Below, one piece after another: positions 22,577 through 34,255 of a stretch of 44,834 nucleotides of DNA. Within the stretch, counting starts at the first letter, position 1. Each line of letters opens with the position of its first letter. The notes beneath the pieces are model-generated. The model saw nothing but the letters and a program-made list of their open reading frames with translations. It did not search any database and was not told where the DNA came from. The position numbers and the translations under genes were made by a program. This DNA comes from Lophium mytilinum (lineage: Eukaryota), in NCBI GenBank assembly GCA_010093605.1, contig MU004195.1:1689566-1734399 (forward strand). Direction: 5' to 3'.

Positions 22577-22811
22577 CTCTTCAATCACGCAGCCATCAAT
22601 GGAATCAAGCGCTGAGAATAAGTAGAAATCTTTACGCCGTTTTGAAAAAGTTCTGGACCCCCGCCGTCTTGGCCGTACAGGGCTCCTCTGGTGGAAGCCA
22701 TCTGACTTAATTAACGAGATTTTACTCCAATCATCTCGAGGGCGGAGACAAGGCGCTGCTTGGCCAACGTTTAGTGTTTCATGGTCCGCGCAGCTGTGGG
22801 CTTTAAGAGGC

Positions 22812-24624
22812 CTAAATTGCCTTCTCAGTGGCCAGCTCGTACTGCTTCCATATAAGTCCCTCTGGAAGAACTTTCCACTGTAGTTCATCATCTAGCAAGT
22901 CTTCCATCTTAGCCCACTCGGCTCTCACACGCGCAACCTTGTCACTAGTTTTTGGTAGGATTCTAGCTGGGAACTGCTTCGGCAGTACAAACAAGCCCTC
23001 GGTCAGGTCGTTCGCGTCTGGCGTTATCTCATTGCCATTTTCATCCCGCGCTTTTTGGAAGTCGAATGCCCAAAGCAACCGCGATATGGCGAGAAACAAA
23101 GACCTCTCAGCAATATGCATACCTTGGCACAAGCGTCTGCCTGCGCCAAAGACGAAATGATCGCGAGCCGCTGCGTTCGCGTTGCTAGCTGCTTCAGCTG
23201 CCGTTTGGTGGTCATGAGCGTAGCGGGAGGGATCGAAGCGTCGTGGTTCCGGATGACGCTTCGGGTCCATGTGAATGGCCCAGACATTCCACATCACCCC
23301 AGCCCCCTTTGGAATCGTATAGCCCATGTATTCGTCGTCGCGAATTACAGCATGTGGAACACCGAGGATATCCGTTGGCATCCATCGCATGCTCTCTTTC
23401 ACGCAGCCGCGAATGTACGGCAGCTGTGGTTCGTCATCCATGGTTGGGAGCCGGTCCCCGCAAACGCGGTCAAGCTCTTCCTGTGCGGCCTTCATGACTT
23501 CTGGAAACAGTACCATTGCTTGCACAAAGCCAACAAGTGTTGCGGCTGTTGTGTCGGAGCCTGCTTCTAGAAGCGATCCGCTGACGTATCCGGCGAGGTC
23601 ATCAGAGAATTTCTCCTCATCTTGGGCCCGGACTAGGTCGAGACAAAAGCATGGCTGGGGTGATTTAGTTGCTAGCTAATTGAGTGTGCTAGACCAGGGC
23701 CCGGGAGAAGAAAAGCGAGTATGCGCACCTTAGCCGTGCCCTTTTTGATGGCTTTCTTGACATTCATCCAGTGACCGACGTACAGCTCTCGTTCTTTTTG
23801 ATGCAAGTTTTTCGCATACTTGCGCAATGGAACTGCGAAGTCAGGCAAAATTCGAAGGAAGGGAAATAGATCGAGCAGTGCAGCGGTCTGGGTGCCCGTG
23901 ACCTCACAGAATTGCTCGAATCCCTGGCGGCGAAGTCAGGAAACAATCAACGATTTGAGTAGAGTACTACCTACGTGGAAGAGTTGCTTTAGTTTTGGGT
24001 CATCGATGCTAGTTGTGCGGAAACCAAACACCATTTGGGTGGTCAGGGAGTTTGTGTACCGCCGAATGTGATTGATGAAGAGATCCGGTGTGTCTAGGAA
24101 GCCGACGAGCATGGCCTTGTTTTCAAGGTCCTGGTAAGGCACGTAAGTTCTAGCCGCCTTGATATTTAAGTTGTTGTGGACTATCTTGCGAATCATGCGC
24201 CAGGTTTCGCCGTATTCCTGAGAATATTAGCTAAGTTACATAGATGCGGCGCCTCGACAACGATCACACGGCGTACCATCAACAGCATACGTAAACCACC
24301 GCTCACGATCTGACCAAGATACATATCTGGTCGTGACGAGTAGATGGCACTCCGCTTGTCTAGCAGGTCCTTGATAGCCTGGTCAGAGGAGAGCACGATC
24401 ATGACCTTGGTCCCCAAAATGAGTGAGTAGACAGGGCCGTATTCTTCGGCCCATTTCTGGAATTGGAGATGGCCCTTCTCCTTGGGCATCAAGTGAAGAT
24501 TCCCTATCAGCGGCCATGTTGGCGGCCCGGGAGGGTATCCCGCAGGCCTACGGCCAACCTTGCTCAGGCAGTAAGCAACGAGGGCCACGAGGGCGACGAT
24601 GAAAGCGAGAAAAGGGGAGGGCAT
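22812..24624 (-). CDS. Cytochrome P450 monooxygenase (CYP64-like group), 4 exons
   Basis: N-terminal anchor plus PPGPPTWPLIGNL; I-helix AGSDTT; ExxR (ESMR); DPSRY; heme motif FGAGRRLCQG. Three GT-AG introns give a continuous frame. Confidence 0.96.
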
Positions 24625-25489
24625 GGTTACGGGCTTCAATGTGCGCGCGAATGCTGGCAGCAGAGAGACTAAAGTACAAGCAACCAAGTAAACTAAAAGC
24701 TATCCATGCTCAAGCAGTGCAGCAATAAGACGCACTTCCCATCCTTGCCCTGAAGTTTGCCAAGGCCTTGACCAACGAAGTCTTGGAGACAGGTGGGGTT
24801 GTGGGGCGGATGCAGCTCCTGTACAAGCATGCGGAAGGGATGTTAGCACTTCCGCAGCGAATGTAACTGCTCAAGCGGTGCAGATCTTCCTTCCGAGGGG
24901 TAGCACGTATGTGACCAGCTTTCCTTTATCACAGTGCTGTGGTTGGTTCCTATGAGACCGGCGACCTCCCAGAAGAGCGTAAGAAGCTGGGGTCCATGTT
25001 CCGAGGGCGCGTCGTCGGTTTGAGACGTTGAACAGCTTTCTGGGCGCTGTCACACTGGCGACCTCTGGAGAAGCAGCACAGTCGTACCCGCACCCCCGGA
25101 GCTCCGCATAGGAAGATGCACGCTGGGCCGCCTGGACTCTGGGGCATGTCGATCACGAAAGAGGCGGCTTGGACGGTTTGCCTTGCTTGGAAGGCAAGCG
25201 GGAGGTGGAAGCAGCTCCAGGCTAAGGCTCGAATCATGCGGCAGTGCTTCCCCGTACATTTTGTACATGGCTGCGTGGTGTTCTCCGGCAATTCCCCATA
25301 CCCTTTGGCGGCAACGCGGGAGGCGAGCTCTAGAACTAATCCTAGGCGATTCGGGTGGCACCGCTTCCCCGTCCCGTACCCGTACAGCGGGTTCGTTTCC
25401 GGCACAGCAGGGACTAGAAGCGAGCTTCAACTCAGACCCACTGTGCCACCGTGCCACCTATCTCAACCACTCTCACGCTCCAGACATTT

Positions 25490-25805
25490 GCGCAATCACC
25501 CGCATCCGCTCAGCATTCCTAATGACACGGCGTGGGGCAGCGATGAGGCTATCATGACAATAGACCCGAACAGCAAAAATAATGGTATCGAGAAGGGTTC
25601 GTCTAAGTCGAGCAAGGAGAGCGTAGATATAGTAAGAGAGGCAGGGCCTTTAGCAAGCCCGCAGAATACGTTGAATGTTGTTGCAAAGGCGGGGCAGAGT
25701 AGTGAAGCTTACAAACCGAGTGATCTCGTTGTAACTCGGGAGTGGGAGGTTGTTGAAGCGAATGAGCAGAATAGAACAGAGACGAAAGATACGTATAGGT
25801 TCTAG
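25490..25805 (+). pseudogene. Orphan C-terminal gene fragment resembling the cytoplasmic tail of PTH11-like (rhodopsin-domain) membrane proteins
   Basis: HPHPLSIPNDTAWGSDEAIM...LVVTREWEV resembles such tails from memory. No transmembrane-coding region is present upstream. Confidence 0.35.
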
Positions 25806-26450
25806 TAATTCACAATCGCCAGGTTTTAGATCTCGTTTCGAACGGACTCACCCAGCGAAACCATTCCAGACGGCATCATTCACTCGACTAAACGCCCCAG
25901 GCCCAAATTGTCTGAAACATGGTCTCAAACCATTGCATTAGAATACATCCTGGGCCGCCCCAAACAGCGCCATCGACTTGTCAGACCGTCCCGAGATGGG
26001 AATTCCAATTCACGATTTCTGAGTATTTACATCCTCTCTCGAACAGGCTAACAGAGCGAGGCCAACTCAAACGGCGCTAGGGAAATGCCAAACGGCCCGG
26101 AAGTGCAACGTCCAATTCACGAGCTGCAGTCCTTCATATCCTGTCTGGACTCGCCTGACCTGGGGACGGCTCTGTAGACAGCGTTGGCAATCTGTCAAGC
26201 CACTCCAAGAGGGAAGCATCTCATCTAGGATCTCGAAGCTTTTACATCGGGTTCCTACCAAGATTTCCTTGCAAAGAGACTCTAGACGCCATTGTCAACG
26301 TTCTAAAATGCCATGAAGCCTCCGGAACTTGCACGTCCCAAGAGCTAGTTCTCTCTACCCGCGCTTGCGCGATGCTCCCGAGAGCGATGAGGGATAATTC
26401 GAGGAGGGATTGAGAGGCTCAGGATACAGGCTTTGCTCACGTGCGCATAG

Positions 26451-27645
26451 GCTCACTCCGGCGTATTCTACTTGCTTCCACTAGGCCTTCGGGTTCAGGA
26501 GAAACTCGAACGCATGATAGACAAGCACATGCGAAGCATTGGTAAGTCTTCAATTCACGTTGTTCAGCAGTCTGGTCTAATTGAGCATAGGGGCTTCGAA
26601 ACTATCATTATCTTCAATTACATCGGAAGATCTACAGCGGCGAAGTGGGAGGTACTCCGAAAATGCAGAGGTAGTGTTCCCAGTGCAAGAAATGAACTCA
26701 GTGGTAATTATCTGGATGTAGCTTCTGCGCTTGAAAGACCGAAAAGAGTCTGGCTTTCTCCTGTCACCAACCCATGAAGAAAAAATCACCACATCAGCCG
26801 CTGGCATTGTCAAATCCTATAAAGATCTTCCCCTTCGAGTATACCAGATCTGTAAGGCATGCAGCAAACCAATCTACTTACCTTCTGCTGATGATCAACT
26901 AGCTCGAAAGTACCGAGATGAACGTCGGCCAAGGCAAGGCCTCCTTCGTGCCAAAGAGTTTCTCATGAAAGACCTTTACACTTTTGACTCTACACCCAAG
27001 ATGGCTCTTGAGACCTATTCAAGTGTGAGAAAAGCATACGCAGCATTTTTTGATGAGCTGAAGATCCCATATGTCGTTGCTGATGCAGACTCCGGAGCGA
27101 TGGGCGGCAATCTCAGCCACGAGTACCATTTCGTTTCTCCAATAGGGGAGGACCACGTCTGCTCTTGCAATAAGTGCCACTACGTTGCTAATGAGGAATT
27201 GGCTGAGAAAGGAATCCGAACCCAAAAAACACCCAGCAACGATCCCATCATATGGCATGGCATGAGTAAAGATAGAAACACGCTTGTTCGCGTATACATA
27301 CCCAAAGCCCAACCTTTAACACAAAACGAAGGAGAGGACGCAATATCAAACCACCTCAACATCCACGCCGTGAAAGCAGCCTACCCAGACATGGACACCA
27401 GCATCGAGAATGAGGCCCTCGAACGATTCGGCGACACAGCTCCCCACCTCGTCCGCATCTTCGACCATCCCACCCTCCTTCCTGAACAGGACGATTTCAC
27501 CACCCAGCCAATAACCACGCACCCAAAAACCGCCAAACCGCTAGACCTAACCCGCATCCACACCGGCGACCCCTGCCCCCGCTGCCTAGAAGGTCTCCTA
27601 ACCGTCCAACGCGCCATGGAAGCAGTTTTCTGGCAATGGAAATGA
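26451..27645 (+). pseudogene. Truncated copy of mitochondrial/bacterial-type prolyl-tRNA synthetase
   Basis: Three introns (26542-26590, 26671-26721, 26852-26902) give [98 protein letters not shown], then unrelated AVFWQWK*. There is no GHxFxLG, motif 3 or anticodon-binding domain, and no recognisable first exon. Confidence 0.88.
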
Positions 27646-27857
27646 TAGATGGTATGGTAGAGAGGTTGGTTTTCTCCGCGGTGAGCATGTAATTATATTG
27701 TATTTTAGACGTGTATTTTAAGAATAGAGATGAAGAAGCTAGTGCACGATGCAAAGTGCCTGCATCCGCCGAAATTCTATACATATAGTCTGACATCTCG
27801 CCGGATGGCTAAGAAACGCCTTCGCCGTAAAAGTCTAAATCACTAGCCGCGCTCCTC

Positions 27858-29085
27858 TCATGGCTCCACCTCTGCCCTCTTCTTCAACTCGATATGCCCG
27901 TCGCCCAGGTTGCTCGGATCAGTCGACCACCTCGCATTCAGCGTGACCATGGCGGCAAAGATACGGTAGCTATCAGCATTATTCCTACTCCTCCTCGCAC
28001 CATTAGTCTCGCGCTGGAGCAACAGCGTGTTCCCCTGCCCATACGCCTGGCACACAATATTCGTCAGCCTTGAGCCAACAAGGACTTCCACATATGCAAG
28101 AGCGAGGGGCACTTACGACTTGTCCGGCGTTCGTCTGCTTCAGCTTGACGTCGGTGGCTGCGTTCCCGGTTTGTCAGCTTGCTCTGGTTCCGACTGCGTC
28201 GAGAAAAGGAGGAAGAGGGCATACGTACTCTCATACAGTGCGTGGGTCCACTCATGCAGCAGCAGGCCGGCTGTGGGGATGAATTGGTCTAGCGGCGCTC
28301 GGGACCCGTACCGCGGCAGTGCGATGTCACGGATCCGCAGGCGGTTTTGCCAGTACGCGGCGCAGAGCCAGATGGTGGGGGTGGTGCCGCCGGAGCCCTG
28401 TGTCATTGCGGGACTGCCGAAGGGTAACGAGAGACGTTAGTAACGTTATCCCATTGCGAAGTTGATGAGGGGAAGGAATAGGTTTTGGCTTGGGCTTACG
28501 CTGAGAATCTGCTCTGGCAGCGCTTGTCGGATTGGCTGTTGTAGTCGCAGCGTAGCGTTGGGATGCCGCGTTTTGCGGATTGCGTTGCGGATGCTATGGC
28601 ATCGTAGCGGTCTAGAGTCGATTAGGAGTTGCGCTGAGGTCGTAGCCGAAGGCTGGCAGGAGTGCTCTACCTCTGATCCATAGGTCTGAGGGGACGTTGG
28701 ACTGGTTAGGGTCGGTGCCAAAGATGGCTTTGTAGTAACTGTTCCCGGCCTATGAGAGATATGTTAAAATACGAGTCTGTATCAAGACTGAGTTGGCTTT
28801 GAGCCTGGAGATGCTGCTCACTTTGACATTGTCTCGAGCTTTGGCGGCCATAGTGACCATGTCGGCAAGATCGTCGTTGAGAGCAGTCATAACGCCGCCG
28901 CAGCCTTGGAAGACGATTGGACCGGCACGAGTGTGCAATAACTTCGTATCACTGATTGATACCCCGTCGACTCGTCTGTGCTTCAGACCTGTATCAAGGC
29001 CATTCTCTTGTGGGTTTGGGATAGCAGGAAGTGCCGCTGCAAAGCTGGTTAAAAGAGAGACAAGGCTGACAAAATTTGCGAGCAT
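27858..29085 (-). CDS. Secreted M35-like (deuterolysin/aspzincin) zinc metalloprotease, 6 exons
   Basis: Signal peptide MLANFVSLVSLLTSFAAALP. Five canonical introns give ..IWLCAAYW..GLLLHEWTHALYETTDVKLKQTNAGQVAYGQGN..NNADSYRIFA. This shows HExxH, TxD, YG and NADSY, the aspzincin signature. Confidence 0.88.
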
Positions 29086-29672
29086 TTTGGAGGTGCTTAG
29101 GTAATTGGAAAATTGAGAGTCAAAGGGAGAAAGGCGAACAACTAATTTGTTACCATGATGCCAATAAAATAGACAACAGGATATATGAACAGCATCTGGG
29201 CCGAATGCCGGATACGAGATGTCAAAAGTGAAGGACTATAAATATCTTCAGCCTCAGATATTTCTAAGCAACCGGAGTGGTTCAACATTCCTAAACGGGT
29301 CGAAGATGTGCACGTTCCGATGTTTAGTGATGAGTGCAGTCAACAGGTCAGCAATGCTGTCCTACCAAGTGGTGAGAAAAGTAATTGAAGTACTGGAGTA
29401 GGTGTTTGGAACGGTGTGGTGCGGCTGCAACGGCGCAGCTAGCGGCCCGTCCTTGCAGCTGACTGCGCCTCGACCCCACGATTTAGCCCCCCCTGCCAAA
29501 TTAAACATTGTGACCATTCCGAGGCTAGCTGATCAAGCAATTTTGCGTCTGCGTTATTTATAGGCATGTCGTTACCATGATTCGACAAACGCAAAGGGGT
29601 GGTGGATGAGCATTTAAGCTCCTCTGAGTACCTCACACCTGCCGTGTAAAATCAAACGCAGACTATCATATC

Positions 29673-30337
29673 ATGCTTTCCAACGCAGTCCTCGCCGTAC
29701 TTAGTGTGGTGTCTATATCGGCATATCGAATCCTCGCAGCGGACTGCTATGGTGATGTGGGTGTACATCCTGATCTAGGTCCGCGATTCAATCTTCCCCA
29801 AATTGTCTGTCTCGACGCTGATGATGTCCCCCAGTCTGGATAGAGTCCATGGCAGAAGTGCTCTGCGGCACCGACAACGAATGCAGCGCCCAAGGTGATC
29901 CTACAGAGTGCACCCTGACGATGCCAATCAGCAATGGCGCTGCAGCTATTGGCTTCAAAAGTAGCTCTTCGCAAGACTTCTCTTCATGGTAGGTGCATCC
30001 AATTAGGATATTTTCAAGTCGAATTTGGGGTGCGCTTAAGATGATGTACTTGAGATATGAGGCCGGGAGCATGCGTGGGATGGAAAGGATGCTGACAGCA
30101 CATGACAGCACTTCAGCAACGCAAAACATCATCGACCTGTGCTTCAACACCCAGAGTGTAACGTACTCGCAATCAACGGGGGAGACGTACGGAAATTGGT
30201 CATATGGCGGGCAGTACTACCTGCTGACAATTGATATCTCTCCTGACCACGGTTTCTCTACTGAGCCGGAAGAGGAGATCCTCGCGTGGGATCCGGAGGA
30301 TATCCTCATGGATGGTAGTGGCGATACAGACCAGTGA
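29673..30337 (+). CDS. Small secreted cysteine-rich protein (162 aa, 6 Cys), effector candidate, 3 exons
   Basis: Exons 29673-29778, 29835-29988 and 30109-30337 (introns GTCCGC..GCTGAT..CAG and GTAGGT..GCTGAC..CAG) give an open frame: MLSNAVLAVLSVVSISAYRILAADCYGD..VLCGTDNECSAQGDPTECTL..FSSCTSATQNIIDLCFN..YGNWSYGGQYYLL..GDTDQ*. Confidence 0.8.
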
Positions 30338-33104
30338 GTTAACCTGTTGCAACTTCAGCGCGTTTTTTGAATAGAGGACTGATAGGAGTCAATTGCCAGG
30401 TACGTGTACGGACCAACGCAGTGGTGTCAGGGGTTGAGTCCTGGTGGAGAAAGTTGCATGCAGATTGATGCGGGTTGCTATATTGTCGTTCCGCAGGACA
30501 ACGTTATTCCGGAGCAGATTTGCGATTAGAAGAGCGATTTGATCAATTGATTGTTTTTGTGTGGTTAGAACTAGGGCTGTGCAGGTGGCGGTGGACATGG
30601 CAAGGCTTGCAAGGAATTCGGCCCGAATGCTGAGTTGGGTTGCGGTGATAGGATGTTTCGATTGGCCTATTATCTATTCAGCGATGCGTCCTCCGCGACA
30701 ACAGAAGCAACTTCCATTTCTGTTATTTCTCGTCCCATCCAGGAAGGCAAGACCAGAACGTGGCGGATTGAGCTCCTTCATCATTGGAACCCACACGCAG
30801 TACGTCGACTGAGGAGTCATATCCGGCTACTACGTCTTGTCCTGCCAGTTCCACCTAGTCACTGCACAAAGAAGCGTGTGAAATCACGACTGATACTTTT
30901 TAGGCCCTCTCCCGCAACCATATAACATGTAACAGATATCTGCACGCCGACGCTGAGACTAAGCCCGCTGTCAATGCCCTTCGATTACGATATCGCTGTA
31001 GGAAGGATCCAGAAGTACACATCACCAAACTCCCCGAGGTACAATAGAGGAAGCCATCGAGGTCCCTTCCCGAACAATCCTGCGATCAGAGGCGAAGACT
31101 TTGCCTTCTACGAGCTTGCGACTATTTCGACCACTTCGATAACAAGAGAACTAAGCTTAGAGAGAAGAGTTCGCGGGGCCTCGGAGGTTGATATTGTTAA
31201 TGATACGGTAACTACTGACATGCTATAGACGTCACTATTAAAGAACGAGCGGGTGCTGTTGGATGTAGATAAGTGTGTGGAGGCATTGACAACAATAGCT
31301 GTATGTCAGAGCGACCTTGGGAGTTCTCCTCTGGCCACCCTCTCGACCGCTCTCCGAACAGCAGTCAGGCGCTGCTGCTTATCCCCTTGTTCATCAAGTT
31401 CCCGATTTTCCATCAAGAGCTGGGCCATCTGCGTCTTCTTGCCTTCAACAGTTCCGCCTGATCCTTAGACTTTCCAGTTCGCACATGTGTATTGGCAGAA
31501 AACATATCTATTACCAGACCCCGCATCTATTCCATTCAATCGCTAATCCAACTGTCTGGCATGGTAGTAAAACTGGTGATATATCAAGAGAGAGTGCGCT
31601 AGTGAGGTGATTTCCTTATCAAGGACGAGCAGGCAAGCAAGTGAGTTGGATTGGTGGAGCAATATTCTTACGGGCCGGAGTTAGCCTAATGTAGGGGGAT
31701 GATATGGAGTGAAAAGGGGGGTGATACGTAGCAAAAAAGGGGGTGATAATTAGGCTCGTCCATTTTAAACCTCCAAACATGTTTACTTGACATGCGTGAC
31801 TACGTGACATGCTAGTTTTTCCAACCCTCTTCCGTTTTCTCGACGACTCGATGCCTTAACATTGACTAGTGCTATCCTTCCTAAAAATTCTCATTCTTGC
31901 TAGCTCTTGACCAGTATCTAAGAGGCTGCAGATAAGCAAAACTTTACAGAGCAGAGAGCGACTAAGACTCTATCTCAATCCTAAACCTTAACGTAGATGA
32001 GGTCTCCCTCTCTCTATACTACACCCCACACCTAAGTATATTCTTTCGCATCTCTGCATTCTACAAGGGCGGTCCCCTTCTGCTCCAGAATAGTCGTTAC
32101 CTATTCACCATCCCCTAACAGAGCCCATGGACCGCTTTCCCTCAAGGGGGTAACAGATAGCCATCCAGGAATTCATATACTAGCCTCTTGAAGACTGTGT
32201 TACATTATCATCATTATTATTATCACCCTCCAATACATCACGTACACCGCCTGCAGCTCCGCGTTCTGTGACAGCAACGCGGTGTGCCAACGGCACTTCT
32301 CTCAGTGAATCGCCCATTCCTGATGTTCGAAACCAGCAACATACTCTTCAACTTCATGAGCCAAATAGAACCAGCTTCGTAACGAAGGCATACGTTGCGG
32401 CGTCGATGCACGTATCGAAGCGCATCCATGCGACAGGTTTTGCCGGTTCACTCTCGATGATCGCGTTACTGTTTCTCATACGCATGAGGGCAGACGATCA
32501 TTCATGCGAAAGGGTGGTCTCATGCGAAGTCCGAAAAACGCTTTAGACATAGCGCTCGTAGATCTTATACAGTGGCGGCTGCTCGCGAAACCAAGTCGAA
32601 AGCGCATCTTGCATGAACGGTTACGCAGACCTGACGGAAGAAAAGAGGAAGAGCCTGGGGTGATGATTCGGAATCTTGACGGACTTTACGGACTCGAAGA
32701 ATGAACTAGCACAGCTCGCTGGGTCATCGAGCTAGGACTTGCCTTTCCAAAGAATCGACAGTGCGATGCCTTCAACATAGACTTTGAGCTGAATTCAGGC
32801 AAGCAGCAAACCAGTCCAGCAGTCGGAACCAGCACAAGTATCCCATGCAGCGTCACGGGAACCCAGCCACTGCAGTATACCAACCTGATCGCAACAGATC
32901 CAACAAACGGCGACGTAAAGAGCGGAAGAGGCAACATCAAGGGCGGGAGGGGGCGGCAGCGAAAGAAAAGGTATTGACATCTATCTTGGAAGAGGAAGCA
33001 ACGTTGTCACGCAGGCGTGGCTGATGTACACGCCGTACGTGATGTGCATGTGAGACTTAATGCATTCGTTGCCTGGCTAGCATAAGCGTGGAACCGGGAC
33101 ACCG

Positions 33105-33760
33105 AGAGCGGCGTCGAGAAGCGGAGATATGAGGAGTCGGTGGAGAGAGGGCGGCGTCGAAAAGCGGAGATGCGGGGGCGTCGGAGGAGAGAGAGGGCCG
33201 TCCAGGAATGGAAAGATGCAGGCGTCGAGGAGTACAAGTATGGAGGGAGGGCCCGAGAGAGATAGAGAGGGTTGTGTCGAAGGGCGGAGGGAGGGAGGCG
33301 ATGAGGGAGGAAGGGTAACGTCGAGAAGCGGAAATAGAGAGGCGCCAGACGCAGAGAGACGGATGCGTCTAGGGAGGGAGAGCGGCACCGATAAGCGGGA
33401 ATCTAGAGGCGTGGAACTGCGGAAACTTACACGCGTTAGAAAACAGTGGAGCGAGACCTATGCTCGCTCAACTAAAATCCAACAATATTACTGGCTCAGA
33501 AGAAGGCGTCTAGGGGGAGAGGGAGGCGCCGAGGAACGGAAAGATATAGGCGTCGAGAAGCAGAGGTATAGAGGAATACTTTAAGAGAGAGAAAGGAGTC
33601 GAGGGCGGAGAGTTGGAGGCGTTTAGGGAATGAGGGCGGCGTCGAGAGCAAATCTGGAGGCGTTAAGAAGCGGAAAGATGTAGGCATTAAGAAGCGGAGG
33701 TATAGAGAGCCACTTTAAGGCGGAAATAAAGGCGTTAGGGGCGGAGAGTAAGAGACGTTT
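33105..33760. repeat. Degenerate purine-rich minisatellite with core GGCGTCGAGAAGCGGAG
   Basis: Core variants near 33110, 33153, 33320, 33549, 33638, 33659, 33683 and 33731. Distal copies read GGCGTTAAGAAG or GGCATTAAGAAG. Confidence 0.75.
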
Positions 33761-34255
33761 AAAGACATTTCACATCACAAATGCAAAAATGTATGTCGCC
33801 CCCCCGTACCCCACATTCATAGAGGCTGTAATAGAGACTAACTATGCGGCAGGAGTCATTACAGACAAATAACCTAGTACCCTCAATCCAATAAGAGTAC
33901 TGGGGAAGAATTTGACGAGGAAGTTCAGCGAGAATTTCCAACCATTTAAGGTTAGTGAAAACATCATACTAGTAGACATCTTACTAACCACTGCATAGAA
34001 TTGCGATAGGAGCTAGGCGAAGGCGAAACCTTCGACAGCTTCAGGGAAAAACTTAAAGCCGATATCGCAAAGGCCGACGCGTGTTACAAGCTAGAACAGA
34101 CTCTCTAGGACAAGACTCATTGTCTCAGAGAGCTGCAAGCGAAGCGCATGGGTGGCAGTACCAAGCTGACCTCCATAATCCAAGACCTAAGTTCAAACAT
34201 GGGAACCCCAGTAAATCCAACCTAAATAGCTTCAACTCAAGGAACTCAATCCAAG

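Noticed and set aside
16288..30337. Dikaritin/ustiloxin-type RiPP cluster (tyrosinase + P450 + peptidase)
   Set aside because: No DUF3328 (HxxHC) gene and no signal-peptide precursor with Kex2-delimited repeats seen.
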